DNA of 64,000 nt. It comes from Candidatus Omnitrophota bacterium. Its GTDB lineage: Bacteria > Omnitrophota > Gorgyraeia > Tantalellales > Tantalellaceae. Shown here one piece after another: positions 15,734 to 25,231 of this stretch. The first letter of the stretch is position 1; each line of letters opens with the position of its first letter. The notes beneath the pieces are model-generated. The model had not been told where the DNA came from and did no database searches. It saw only the letters and a list, made by a program, of their open reading frames with translations. A program made the translations under genes and the position numbers. Location: positions 189 to 64,188 of the forward strand of contig JADGBR010000004.1 in assembly GCA_015231405.1 (NCBI GenBank), given 5' to 3'.

Positions 15734-17785
15734 GAAAGACGCCAATATAGCCAGGAGAGCCATTAATAGAACAAGCGTGAACCGTGGGTATTTCATCTCT
15801 ATCACAGAGTCCCCGGCGGCCGGAGCGCGGAAACTTATCTCGCCATCATTATTTTCAAGCGGCACAGACTTGCCTTCATAGAACGCCTTCCAGGCCGGAA
15901 AATAATTGGACCGCAAGGTGACCCTCGCCCCCCGCGCGACGCCCGCGAGGGCGACTTTTTTCCCGTAGAAATCGTTATCCGTGACTTCCGCGTTCCCTCC
16001 TCCTTCCACAAAAGCGCTCGCGAGATCAGCCCCGCCGAACATGAATATATTCCACGGACCGTACTCCCCCATCTTTTGATAATATTGCGGATACCCCGAA
16101 AAATAATTTTTCGACTTTTCGTTCCACATCACCAGGTATTTAACGCCCCATTTGCGGAGTATACCGTTCATTTCGTCGATCCCGCACTCGTCGATCAGTT
16201 TCCCCCTGAAATACCCGCCCGTGAACCCGTGCACCCTATAAGGCGAATGATGGAACCCGTCCTGGCCGTTGGAAAAGAAAAGCTTACCGGTCTCCAATTG
16301 AAGAAGAGGTATCCAGTGGAATTCCGGGATAACGACCCTGCCCCAATGCAGGAAATGCTGGTTATTTTCAACCGCTATGAACCGCCCCGGAAGATGTTTT
16401 ATGACTTTTACCAGTTTATTCTCTGAGAATTGCGCGGGATCCAGATAACGCATTTTCTCGGGACCCCAGATGCTTCCGATAAAAGCAAGAGCGAGACATA
16501 TTGTCCCTATAAAAACGGGGATATTCCTTTTTCCGCCGTATGACGCGGCCACAAATGCCCCAAGTATAGCGCTTATAAAGAACGGCATCATAGAGTGTAT
16601 CCTGCTGAAGATAAGCTGATATTCCATAGGGTAAATGATATGGATGACTACAACCGCTACCGCCGAGATCGCCGGAAAAGCGTATCTCCTGGCGAACACA
16701 AACACATAAATGATCAAAGCGATAAAAATGAACAAAAACTGCGCGCCGTTCGAGAATTCCCAATTGCCCGGCCATAAAACACGGACCAATTTCGTTAATG
16801 TCTCTTGCGCCCAATTATAGGCAGTAACGCCACCCGGTATATATTTTTCATTTTCGGAGATAATATATCCGGGATATAGGAACTGGTAGATCGTGAACGG
16901 AAGCGTCGTAAAGAACATCATCGCTCCCATAACCGGAAGTTTTCTTATCACCTTCCATCCCGGACGGACAACCGTATAAACACCCAAAAAGAGCACGGTA
17001 TAAAAGAAAACCCCCAAATGGGCGTAGAATATCAGGGTCAGCGTCAATAGCGTCATCGGGAACGCGAACGCCTTACCGTGCTTAGCCCTCTCGTAAAAAG
17101 CGAAAGCCGCCGGAGCCAGGACTACCCCCAGAAAACACCCCACCATCCCGAAATAAAGCAGGTCCTGGATAAAAACCAGTTCCAGAATACCGGCCAAAGG
17201 CATTACCGGTATGAACTTTTTCGAGTCCTCCAGGGGAAAGGCGCTCTTAAGGTAAAAGAACACTGCGGCCGGAAATAACAGAAAAAAAGAAAAGAGCATC
17301 ATGTGATACGCGACTTTCCACCCGGCAAAAAGAAAGGGCCAAATGAATAATATCAGGTTCGTCCCCATTTCCGTCGCGGTAAAATACCCGCCGACAAGCG
17401 ACGAGTTCCACCCGAAATACCCGCCCTGCTTAAGCGCCTCGAGCCCCTTGACCGTATGGTAATATACGACCGGAAAATCGTCTTCCGCGATATATTTACC
17501 CCAGTCCTTCAAAGGGAACACGCTGATAAACGCCGCCGCCAGGAAAAGCAAGGTCAACCCCGGCAGTATGAACCGGTTTTGTACGATACGGGCGGGTACA
17601 CCGGAAAGGATATTCTCCGGAATAAAATAACTCGCCGCGAAAATAGAGTAAAAACCGCAAATCGCCCACGGGTTCGGATTGTAAGCCACACCCTTAAAAG
17701 CCCCCAACGACATTAGCCCAAAAAAAGCCAGCGTTAGAGCCCAAAACTCTTTCTCAAAAAAGTGGAATTTGAATATCTTTCTCAT
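15704..17785 (-). CDS. large polytopic membrane protein, putative GT-C-type glycosyltransferase (YfhO-like)
   Basis: 693 aa with more than 10 predicted TM helices in the N-terminal 430 aa and a soluble C-terminal domain. It sits divergent to the GtrB-like gene and within a glycan locus. Family assignment is tentative. Confidence 0.45.
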   Translation of the reverse strand: MRKIFKFHFFEKEFWALTLAFFGLMSLGAFKGVAYNPNPWAICGFYSIFAASYFIPENILSGVPARIVQNRFILPGLTLLFLAAAFISVFPLKDWGKYIAEDDFPVVYYHTVKGLEALKQGGYFGWNSSLVGGYFTATEMGTNLILFIWPFLFAGWKVAYHMMLFSFFLLFPAAVFFYLKSAFPLEDSKKFIPVMPLAGILELVFIQDLLYFGMVGCFLGVVLAPAAFAFYERAKHGKAFAFPMTLLTLTLIFYAHLGVFFYTVLFLGVYTVVRPGWKVIRKLPVMGAMMFFTTLPFTIYQFLYPGYIISENEKYIPGGVTAYNWAQETLTKLVRVLWPGNWEFSNGAQFLFIFIALIIYVFVFARRYAFPAISAVAVVVIHIIYPMEYQLIFSRIHSMMPFFISAILGAFVAASYGGKRNIPVFIGTICLALAFIGSIWGPEKMRYLDPAQFSENKLVKVIKHLPGRFIAVENNQHFLHWGRVVIPEFHWIPLLQLETGKLFFSNGQDGFHHSPYRVHGFTGGYFRGKLIDECGIDEMNGILRKWGVKYLVMWNEKSKNYFSGYPQYYQKMGEYGPWNIFMFGGADLASAFVEGGGNAEVTDNDFYGKKVALAGVARGARVTLRSNYFPAWKAFYEGKSVPLENNDGEISFRAPAAGDSVIEMKYPRFTLVLLMALLAILASFLFFSRDGDK

Positions 17786-17951
17786 AATAATATTTGAACA
17801 TTACGTAGTATACTCCAAAGTATTCTAATAATAAAGGTTTACAGCCTGTCTGGCCGTCAATAATTCATGCACAGATCAGCGGATTTATTTGCACAAAATA
17901 ACATGACACCTCCTCTTTACTTCCAGACAAGCTCCATGATAAACTTACCAA

Positions 17952-18851
17952 ATGACGCCAACGTTCATATCTATAATCATTCCCGCGTTCAACGACTCGA
18001 AAGGGCTGAGAGCCACGCTCGACTCGCTCCTGGCTTTGACATATCCCCGCGACCGAACGGAGCTTATCATCATCGACAATAATTCGACAGACGGCACGTT
18101 CGAGGCCGCGGTATCATACAGGGATAAATACTCGTCCCTCATAAAGTCCGAGAAAGAAACCTCGCGCCAAAGCTCTTATGCCGCCCGCAATAAGGGGATA
18201 TCGCTCGCTTCCGGCGAAATAATTGTTTTTCTGGACGCCGACATGACAGTCGCCCCTGACTTCCTTGACAGGATAAACGCGTTCTTCAATACCACCGGCG
18301 CCGAATATGCCGGGTATGATGTCCGGATCCTTACCGGGGATAAACCAAATATCTATGAACTCTACGACAAACTGAACGCCTTCCCCGTAAAAGGATACCT
18401 GGAAGCAAGGCACTTCGCCCCCACATGCGCGCTGGCCGTAAATAAAAGGATATTCGATAAGACAGGATCATTCGACAGCACCCTCGGATCAAGCGGGGAC
18501 TACGAATTCGGCAACAGGGCGCATAATAAAGGCATTAAACAACATTTCGTTCCCGATATAACCGTATATCACCCCGCAAGGGCAACTTTAAGCTCACACT
18601 TCTCAAAAGCCATCCGAATAGGAAAAGGCCGTTCCGTTGTAAGATCTAAAGGCATAAAACTAAGCTATGAACCCGGAAAAGAATATTACCGTTATGGTTT
18701 TATTAAGAAAGAAAAGGACACCTTGGCCCTCTGGGATTCTGTCGGACCCACCAAGAAACTCCTGATGATCATACTTTCAAAGGCCCTATTCATAGTCAAA
18801 TCCCTTAGCTGCATTCTCGATACCGCCAGCAGGTGGTCAGGTGGTCGTTGA
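17952..18851 (+). CDS. glycosyltransferase family 2
   Basis: ISIIIPAFNDSKGLRATLDSLLALTYPRDRTELIIIDNNSTDGT followed by the DxD-like FLDADMTV, a typical GT-A fold signature. Confidence 0.7.
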   Translation: MTPTFISIIIPAFNDSKGLRATLDSLLALTYPRDRTELIIIDNNSTDGTFEAAVSYRDKYSSLIKSEKETSRQSSYAARNKGISLASGEIIVFLDADMTVAPDFLDRINAFFNTTGAEYAGYDVRILTGDKPNIYELYDKLNAFPVKGYLEARHFAPTCALAVNKRIFDKTGSFDSTLGSSGDYEFGNRAHNKGIKQHFVPDITVYHPARATLSSHFSKAIRIGKGRSVVRSKGIKLSYEPGKEYYRYGFIKKEKDTLALWDSVGPTKKLLMIILSKALFIVKSLSCILDTASRWSGGR

Positions 18852-19398
18852 CGAGCCCGGTCGCCTGCATATGAGCGTAAATGATCGTAGACCCGACGAA
18901 TGACATGCCGCGTTTCTTCAGGTCCTTCGACAAAGCGTCGCTTTCCTGACTGGTCACGGGGATATCTTTCATTGTTCGGCGGCGGTTCACGATAGGCTTA
19001 CCGCCCACAAAAGACCAAATATATCCGTCAAAACTCCCGAACTCCTTCTGTATCGCGAGAAAGGCCCGGGCGTTCTTACGCGCGGAAAAGATCTTAAGCC
19101 GGTTCCTGATGATCCCGGGATCGCTCATCAGCTTTTCAAGTTCCCCGTCCGTCATTACGGCGACTTTCCTGGGATCAAAATCCCTGAACGCCTTCCGGTA
19201 GCCTTCCCTCCGGCATAATATCGTATACCAGCTCAATCCCGCCTGCGCGCCCTCAAGTATCAGGAACTCAAAATGCTTCCGGTCATCCCGAACCGGCATT
19301 CCCCACTCGGTATCATGATAACGCGCGTAAACAGGCTTATCCATAACTCCCCAGGGGCAACGGATCCTGTCTTTCGTTTTTTTTGGCATATTTTTCAT
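18805..19398 (-). CDS. tag: DNA-3-methyladenine glycosylase I
   Basis: RCPWGVMDKPVYARYHDTEWGMPVRDDRKHFEFLILEGAQAGLSWYTIL and C-terminal FVGSTIIYAHMQATGLVNDHLTTCW align collinearly with E. coli Tag. It overlaps the upstream brnA-like stop by 4 nt. Confidence 0.85.
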   Translation of the reverse strand: MKNMPKKTKDRIRCPWGVMDKPVYARYHDTEWGMPVRDDRKHFEFLILEGAQAGLSWYTILCRREGYRKAFRDFDPRKVAVMTDGELEKLMSDPGIIRNRLKIFSARKNARAFLAIQKEFGSFDGYIWSFVGGKPIVNRRRTMKDIPVTSQESDALSKDLKKRGMSFVGSTIIYAHMQATGLVNDHLTTCWRYRECS

Positions 19399-19652
19399 TG
19401 CACAGCGACTTTGTGGACGATCTCTGAAATGAATGTCTGATATCCCACACCAAGTTTAGCGGCCTTTTCCTTGATCTTTCTTATATCGCCGCTATTGACC
19501 CGTATCGTCATCACTTTGTCTTTTTTTCTGGCAAGAAGCGCCTGTTCCACTTCCCGCAATTCTTTGCCGCTCACTTTAACATACTCTCCCCGCATCAAAG
19601 CGTTCTCTATGGCTTTTTCTTCTTTGGTTAGTTTTATCTTCTTCATTCGCAC
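19395..19652 (-). CDS. brnA: BrnA-type (CopG-like) antitoxin, no cognate toxin gene adjacent
   Basis: 85 aa. The C-terminus KDKVMTIRVNSGDIRKIKEKAAKLGVGYQTFISEIVHKVAV matches the BrnA pattern (ITIRLDxDxIxxxKxxAxxxGxGYQTxINxxL). A strong AAGGAG Shine-Dalgarno lies ~10 nt upstream. The upstream 130 bp carries no BrnT-like ORF. Confidence 0.65.
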   Translation of the reverse strand: MRMKKIKLTKEEKAIENALMRGEYVKVSGKELREVEQALLARKKDKVMTIRVNSGDIRKIKEKAAKLGVGYQTFISEIVHKVAVQ

Positions 19653-19674
19653 CTACTCCTTTTTTTACATGTTT

Positions 19675-19703
19675 ATTTTATATTAATTTTAGTATATTTA
19701 CAA
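19675..19703 (-). promoter_or_regulatory. candidate sigma70-type promoter for brnA-tag (-35 TTGTAA, 17-nt spacer, -10 TAAAAT)
   Basis: Read on the minus strand: TTGTAA at 19698-19703, then a 17-nt spacer, then TAAAAT at 19675-19680. That places it ~20 nt upstream of the Shine-Dalgarno/ATG of the 19395..19652 gene, in an AT-rich gap. Confidence 0.25.
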
Positions 19704-19780
19704 GTGTAAACACATACTCACCTTACAGATTCTTGCGATCGGTGCAAAATGGTACTAGTTCTGTTATGGTAGAGATAAAA

Positions 19781-19938
19781 GCGCCGCGCCGTCATGCCAC
19801 GCCGTCATTGCGAGGAGGCCAAAGGCCGACGAAGCAATCCCTGTAAAATATTTCCCGATACTTGTATTTTGAAAATTTGGATAATTGATGGGATCGCTTC
19901 GTCGCTTCGCTCCTCGCGATGACGGCGGTATATCTCGC
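19781..19938. repeat. inverted pair of a short palindromic repeat family (CGTCATTGCGAGGAG-N-GACGAAGCAATCC) flanking a 40-bp AT-rich spacer; MITE/REP-like
   Basis: The left copy at 19801-19850 is GCCGTCATTGCGAGGAGGCCAAAGGCCGACGAAGCAATCC. The right copy at 19891-19927 is its reverse complement with small differences (GCCGTCATCGCGAGGAGCGAAGCGACGAAGCGATCC). It lies in a 366-bp intergenic gap. Confidence 0.55.
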
Positions 19939-20018
19939 AACTTAACTTTTACGCAAAATGCGAGTTGACTCCTGGCTTTACAACACCTCACACACCGTGC
20001 TAAACTGAAAGTATTCTT

Positions 20019-21860
20019 ATGGTTATCCTTATCCCTATCTGTTTCCTGTTTCTCTGGGCTGACATTTTCATTCGTAATAGATCGAAGAATGAAGACAGCC
20101 CTCTAAGAGTTTCTTTCCTTTACACCTCTATCTTTCTCGGCACAGCGATAACTTTCATCAATGAAACGTTGAGCCTGTTCGCCCGGCTAACCTTTAATAA
20201 TGTCGCCATATTCTGGCTGGCTACCATAATTTTCGCTATTGTCTGGCTTATAAAACAAAAGCAAGGCTGGAAACACTTTAAAGAGATCATCATCCCGGAG
20301 TTATCCCCCTTCGAAAAATTCATGCTCTCTTCGGTCATAGCCATAGTCGCGCTAATCGGCATAACTGCCGTAGTGGCTCCGCCCAACACCAGCGACGCCA
20401 TGGTCTACCACATGAGCCGCGTAATGCATTGGATCCAGAACAAGTCGGTAAAGTTCTACCCCACAAACATCCTCCGCCAGCTCCACATGAATCCCGGCGC
20501 CGAATACATTATCCTCCACCTGCAGCTACTCGCAGGCGGCGACCGTTTCGCCAACATGGTCCAATGGTTCGCCATGACGGCGAGTCTCATCGGCGTTTCG
20601 CTGATAGCTAAAAAGCTCGGTGCGGATAGAAAAACCCAAATAACCTCGGTTGTGATCGCCGCTACCATCCCGATGGGCATACTCCAGGGCTCAAGCACCC
20701 AGAACGATTATGTGACAACTTATTGGACGGTCTCATTCGTCTATTTCGTCCTATCAGCTCTGAGCCCCGCGAACCCCGCCCGATCTATCCCGTTAGGCCT
20801 TTCCCTGGGCCTGGCCATACTCACCAAAGCCACCGCGTATATTTACAACGCACCGTTCGCTCTATGGTTATTGGTGACAGCCCTGGCAAGAAAACGATCG
20901 GAATTCCTGAAATTGATAACGGTAATTTGTTCGTTAATACTGATATTGAATTCCGGCCACTATATAAGGAATTTTCATTTTTACAATAATCCCATAGGCC
21001 CCATCGAGGAGAGCCCGGCGTCGAAATACACCAACGATATCCTCACCCCGGCGAGCGTATTATCCAATTCCCTTAAGAATATCTCGCTTCACCTGGGAAC
21101 TCCATCCAGAGCGGTCAATAGGCATATAGAGGATGCTCTTCGAAAAATAAACGCCACTACCGGCCTGGATATTAACGACCCCAAAACGACCTGGCCGAAT
21201 TACAAAATAAATAAAATGACGAACCATGAGGATAAAGCCGGTAATCCTGTCCATTTATTACTCATCCTGGCCGCAATTATCTTCATCCCCTTATCGAAGA
21301 AGACCAAGGATAAAACCCAGGCTATGCTATATTGCTCGTCAATTGTTCTTTCTTTCCTGCTATTTTCAGCCATCCTCAAATGGCAACCTTTCCACAGCCG
21401 CCTTCACTTACCGTTCTTTGTTCTTTTCGCGCCGGCTATCGCCATGATAATACCCGGTATAAGATACAAAATACTAACTCCGGTCTTATTGACGCTATCG
21501 ATCCCCTGGGTCCTTTACAACAGCTCCTCCCCCTTAATAGGCAAGCAGAACATATTCTCGAAAGACCGCGCGAGCCAGTATTTTGTCACCCGCACGGAGC
21601 TTGAACTACCATATCGGGCCGCGGGCCGTTACTTTGCTACAGAGTCCGTCGGCATTAAGACTGTAACCCTTAAAACCGGGATCAATTCATGGGAATATCC
21701 GCTCTGGATCATTCTTGAAAAAATGAAGATCGATACCGGCGAGATCAATTACCCCTGGGTATCGGTAGACGACTCTGCCAGAGAACTTAATATCCAGGTT
21801 GATCCTGATAAGAAAATAACCTTTAAATTCGGCCCGGAAAGAAAAATGCTTGATCGGTAA
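20019..21860 (+). CDS. polytopic membrane glycosyltransferase, GT-C fold (GT39/ArnT/PMT-like, dolichyl/undecaprenyl-phosphate-sugar dependent)
   Basis: 613 aa with ~11 TM helices over the N-terminal ~480 aa and a C-terminal soluble domain. The first-loop acidic motif is NTSDAMVYH. It lies next to a GtrB-like gene. Confidence 0.5.
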   Translation: MVILIPICFLFLWADIFIRNRSKNEDSPLRVSFLYTSIFLGTAITFINETLSLFARLTFNNVAIFWLATIIFAIVWLIKQKQGWKHFKEIIIPELSPFEKFMLSSVIAIVALIGITAVVAPPNTSDAMVYHMSRVMHWIQNKSVKFYPTNILRQLHMNPGAEYIILHLQLLAGGDRFANMVQWFAMTASLIGVSLIAKKLGADRKTQITSVVIAATIPMGILQGSSTQNDYVTTYWTVSFVYFVLSALSPANPARSIPLGLSLGLAILTKATAYIYNAPFALWLLVTALARKRSEFLKLITVICSLILILNSGHYIRNFHFYNNPIGPIEESPASKYTNDILTPASVLSNSLKNISLHLGTPSRAVNRHIEDALRKINATTGLDINDPKTTWPNYKINKMTNHEDKAGNPVHLLLILAAIIFIPLSKKTKDKTQAMLYCSSIVLSFLLFSAILKWQPFHSRLHLPFFVLFAPAIAMIIPGIRYKILTPVLLTLSIPWVLYNSSSPLIGKQNIFSKDRASQYFVTRTELELPYRAAGRYFATESVGIKTVTLKTGINSWEYPLWIILEKMKIDTGEINYPWVSVDDSARELNIQVDPDKKITFKFGPERKMLDR

Positions 21861-21866
21861 AGCATA

Positions 21867-22883
21867 TCATTTAATATCCTTGGATAGATACCCCGCTAGC
21901 ACCTGCGCCACGACGTTCTGGCCTTTAGCGTCCCATGAACTGCGCAACCAGACATAACTGCCGTGTTCACCTTCGTATCGGACAGCCTTAGGGACGATCC
22001 CCACGAAAGTGATCCCGTTCTTCTCGGCGGCGGCCTGAATATCCTTAAAGAAAGGATCTTCCTCATCGGACGGAATAATATATATTTTTTTACCTGAGGG
22101 AACGATAGCCTTGATCTTAACTAAAACGGTCTCAAAGTTCCCCCTGGCTCTTTCATAAGACTTGTCTTCACCTTTGCGTATTTTAGCGAATTGTTCTTTT
22201 TGCCTGTTAAGATATAGTTTCCGGTAAATGATATTTCCTATCTCGCTCAAAGCTACCGACCCAAGATCTAACCCCAGAAAGAATAAACCACGATACGAAT
22301 TTTTATAGAAAATTTCACCCTTTTCCGATAAATACGGTCTCGCATGAGTTCTCGCGATAAACCCGGAGGAATAACATTCAGCCTCTAGCATAGGGTCGGC
22401 ATATACGATGTCCGTGAATCTTGTCTGAAAAACTATAATATCCGGATCGATCTTTTTGATCCATTCTTCCAAAACAAGATATTTCTGAAGCATCCCATAC
22501 CCTTCGACGGCATAAACAAATATTTCTATCGCTAAAGAATTCGCGAGAAGCCGCGGATAGGTATACGCGTTTGGCATATATATCGACTGGGTAACTCCGT
22601 CCCCGATAAAGAGGACTTTCTTCTTTCCCTTCGGCTTCAAGCTCCCGAAAGATATGAACCCGTTATCGTCATATTTGATATTCTGCTCATATGAGATCCC
22701 GTAATTGTCCGAAAGAAATCCTTTATATGTGTAGCCCGGCCTGGTTTTCCAACCTAATTTCGCATCCTTAACGATACACCCTCTCCCCGGAACGTCGCTA
22801 AACCAGAATCTGGATCCGGCTTCAATAGCCACCATAGCCACGATGACAAAAACAGCCGTTTTAATTATCTTCACCATTCGCAC
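21867..22883 (-). CDS. membrane-anchored SGNH/GDSL-hydrolase-like protein (putative glycan O-acyl esterase/transferase)
   Basis: N-terminal TM helix IIKTAVFVIVAMVAIEAG. The motif VLFIGDGVTQSIY is GDS(L)-like, and IIVFQTRFTDIV also fits. Weak assignment. Confidence 0.35.
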   Translation of the reverse strand: MRMVKIIKTAVFVIVAMVAIEAGSRFWFSDVPGRGCIVKDAKLGWKTRPGYTYKGFLSDNYGISYEQNIKYDDNGFISFGSLKPKGKKKVLFIGDGVTQSIYMPNAYTYPRLLANSLAIEIFVYAVEGYGMLQKYLVLEEWIKKIDPDIIVFQTRFTDIVYADPMLEAECYSSGFIARTHARPYLSEKGEIFYKNSYRGLFFLGLDLGSVALSEIGNIIYRKLYLNRQKEQFAKIRKGEDKSYERARGNFETVLVKIKAIVPSGKKIYIIPSDEEDPFFKDIQAAAEKNGITFVGIVPKAVRYEGEHGSYVWLRSSWDAKGQNVVAQVLAGYLSKDIK

Positions 22884-23848
22884 CTGCGTTTAATTATTCT
22901 GAGAAACGATACAAGAATAACGTTTTCAATTTTATTTACAAACTGCACGATATGATACAACATTTTGTTTTGCCGTATAAACATTTTTTTCAGGGCCAGC
23001 AGGGATACAGCCTTAATGTTGAGTGGATCCCCCGATAAGGAAAGTTCCATATTATTCCTAGCCGCCTCATCCTGATCTAAAAACAGATAATTAACGGCAT
23101 TATTAAAGAAGACCCTGGATATCATCCTCTTCCTGTCCGGTTCGCGTATCTCGGGATTTCGCTTAAATGTTTTATCCAGAACGTATAGATCTTCGCCCCT
23201 TGCTTTCTCAAGGTCCTTAAGAACTGTTCCCCCGTATTTTCTGTACATGATAAGAGGCTCTTCAACATACCCGGCAGTGAACTTCTCCGCCAGTCTTATC
23301 CAAAGGTCCCAATCCGCCGGGAGAAATATATTTTCATCGTAATAGCCGACATCATCGAAACACTGTTTCCTCACAATAACCGAAGAATTACAGATAAAAT
23401 TGCCAAATAACAGCTCATGCGCCGTTTTTTCCGGCATATAACTTTGGTACTTATTATGTTTTCTTATGATCTTTTTGTCTTCACTCACAATATAAGCCGA
23501 GCTGTACACAAAACCCGTATCCGGATATTTCCCAAAATATTTAACCGTCCTAGCGACCTTTTCCGGCATATAAAGATCATCACTGTCGAGAACCCCGACA
23601 AACTCCCCACCCGCCATTTTTATACCGATATTCCTCGCGACACACGCTCCCTCATTTTTCTTTTTAACATACTTTATCGTGCCTTGAGAAAGATATTTCC
23701 CGAGCGCTCCTTCGGTATTATCAGTCGAACCGTCATCAACCACAATTATCTCGATATCCCCATATGTCTGGGCAATAACGCTTTCGACCGCCTCAGTCAC
23801 TAGATTTGCCCTATTATACGTAGTTATTACGATGGTGACCTTTTTCAT
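22871..23848 (-). CDS. glycosyltransferase family 2
   Basis: VTIVITTYNRANLVTEAVESVIAQTYGDIEIIVVDDGSTDNT, then VLDSDDLYMPEK (DxD). Confidence 0.8.
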   Translation of the reverse strand: MKKVTIVITTYNRANLVTEAVESVIAQTYGDIEIIVVDDGSTDNTEGALGKYLSQGTIKYVKKKNEGACVARNIGIKMAGGEFVGVLDSDDLYMPEKVARTVKYFGKYPDTGFVYSSAYIVSEDKKIIRKHNKYQSYMPEKTAHELLFGNFICNSSVIVRKQCFDDVGYYDENIFLPADWDLWIRLAEKFTAGYVEEPLIMYRKYGGTVLKDLEKARGEDLYVLDKTFKRNPEIREPDRKRMISRVFFNNAVNYLFLDQDEAARNNMELSLSGDPLNIKAVSLLALKKMFIRQNKMLYHIVQFVNKIENVILVSFLRIIKRRCEW

Positions 23849-25218
23849 ATATCGCTACCGGACTTATTCCTAATATCGCAGTATTTTTTCCACAGGACAG
23901 TATTACGCAAACGTTTCTTAAGGAACCTTTTCATATCATACCCGTACACCAGCTTATCCCAATTTTTATGAAAATATCTTATTTTTCGCTTATGCTCTTC
24001 AGGATAGTTCAGCACAGTATCGCGCCTCTCAGAGGAAAAACTGCCGTAAAGTTCTTCATTCACAAGCCCTTCCTCAAAACATTTATCCCCCAGGGCGGTC
24101 CCTTTGTACGGATAAAAGATATTTATCCCGCTCGTTGTCGGCCTTATTCTTCTATTCAGCGCTATCGTATCCCTCATCATTTTTTCAGTCTCACCCGGAA
24201 CTCCGATGATATTAACGGCATTCGTCTCTATCCCATTTTTTCTGACGATCTCAAAAGCGCGAACAATAGTCTCTTCCGACATGTTCCGCCTCATAACGTC
24301 GTTCCTTATATGGTCATTCCCTGACTCAACCCCTATGGTTATACGAAAACACCCGGAATCTTTTAAAAGCCTGACAAATTCCTCATCAATTATATTCGCC
24401 CTCAAAAGACACATGAACTTGATCCCTATCCTTTTCTTATACAATTCGCAGAATTCACGCCTCCACTCCTTATCTATCCCAAATATATCGTCACCTATCA
24501 GAACGCGCGGGATATCCATTTTACTTCTAACTTCCTCTATCTCCCGGATGCTTGACTCGGGACTCCTGTACCTTGGGTTGTTAGACTTTATCCCATACCT
24601 CTTAGCGATAGCGTGATTACTGCAATAAGTACAATTGTAGGGACACCCTCGCGAGAAAAGGAACGGAACATAGTTAGTCTCTCGCAATACATCCTTCATC
24701 GGATATGCGTCTCTATCCGGATATGGGAGAGTGTCCAGATCGCTAATGAGAGGCTTTAACCTGTTCACGACCAGCTCACCCTTCCTCACATATGCAGTGT
24801 TATCGACCTCTCTCGGTTCCTTCCCGTACTCAAGCGCCCCGAGAAATTCGCGAAAAGAGTTCTCGGATTCCCCGACGAAAACCATGTCCAGGTCTCTCGT
24901 CTCAATAACACATTCGGGATACAGGGTAGGATGCACGCCGCCGCAAATATTCAATATCTCTTTGTCAATTGACCGTACTATTCCGGCCATCTCTTTAACA
25001 AAAGAGAATTGTGACGAGACAGAGGAAAACCCGACCAAACGCGGCTTGAATTCGGATACTTCCCGGGCGAACTCGCTGTAATCGTCTTTTGACCGGACGA
25101 CCAAAACCTTAAGCTCCGAACCGCTCTCCCGCGCGACGCTAACTATCGAAGCCAATCCGAAAGAATAGCAATCCACATGATAACCGTTGATATTAGGATA
25201 TACAAATAAACATCTCAC
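23845..25218 (-). CDS. B12-binding-domain radical SAM enzyme (class B radical SAM, probable methyltransferase)
   Basis: The N-terminal Rossmann-like cobalamin-binding region reads RCLFVYPNINGYH...LKVLVVRSKDD. The radical SAM motif is FLFSRGCPYNCTYCSNH. Confidence 0.8.
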   Translation of the reverse strand: MRCLFVYPNINGYHVDCYSFGLASIVSVARESGSELKVLVVRSKDDYSEFAREVSEFKPRLVGFSSVSSQFSFVKEMAGIVRSIDKEILNICGGVHPTLYPECVIETRDLDMVFVGESENSFREFLGALEYGKEPREVDNTAYVRKGELVVNRLKPLISDLDTLPYPDRDAYPMKDVLRETNYVPFLFSRGCPYNCTYCSNHAIAKRYGIKSNNPRYRSPESSIREIEEVRSKMDIPRVLIGDDIFGIDKEWRREFCELYKKRIGIKFMCLLRANIIDEEFVRLLKDSGCFRITIGVESGNDHIRNDVMRRNMSEETIVRAFEIVRKNGIETNAVNIIGVPGETEKMMRDTIALNRRIRPTTSGINIFYPYKGTALGDKCFEEGLVNEELYGSFSSERRDTVLNYPEEHKRKIRYFHKNWDKLVYGYDMKRFLKKRLRNTVLWKKYCDIRNKSGSDI

Positions 25219-25231
25219 AAAATACCGGCTC

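Noticed and set aside
15696-15881. Small plus-strand ORFs overlapping gene ends (15696..15881, 17867..18082, 26641..26829)
   Set aside because: They lie antisense within or across the termini of well-supported genes and have no motifs or ribosome-binding sites.
19764-19991. 75-aa minus-strand ORF in the brnA upstream gap, considered as a possible BrnT toxin
   Set aside because: The sequence does not resemble BrnT. The ORF is encoded largely by the palindromic repeat copies (Ala/Ser/Arg-rich), so it is most likely fortuitous.
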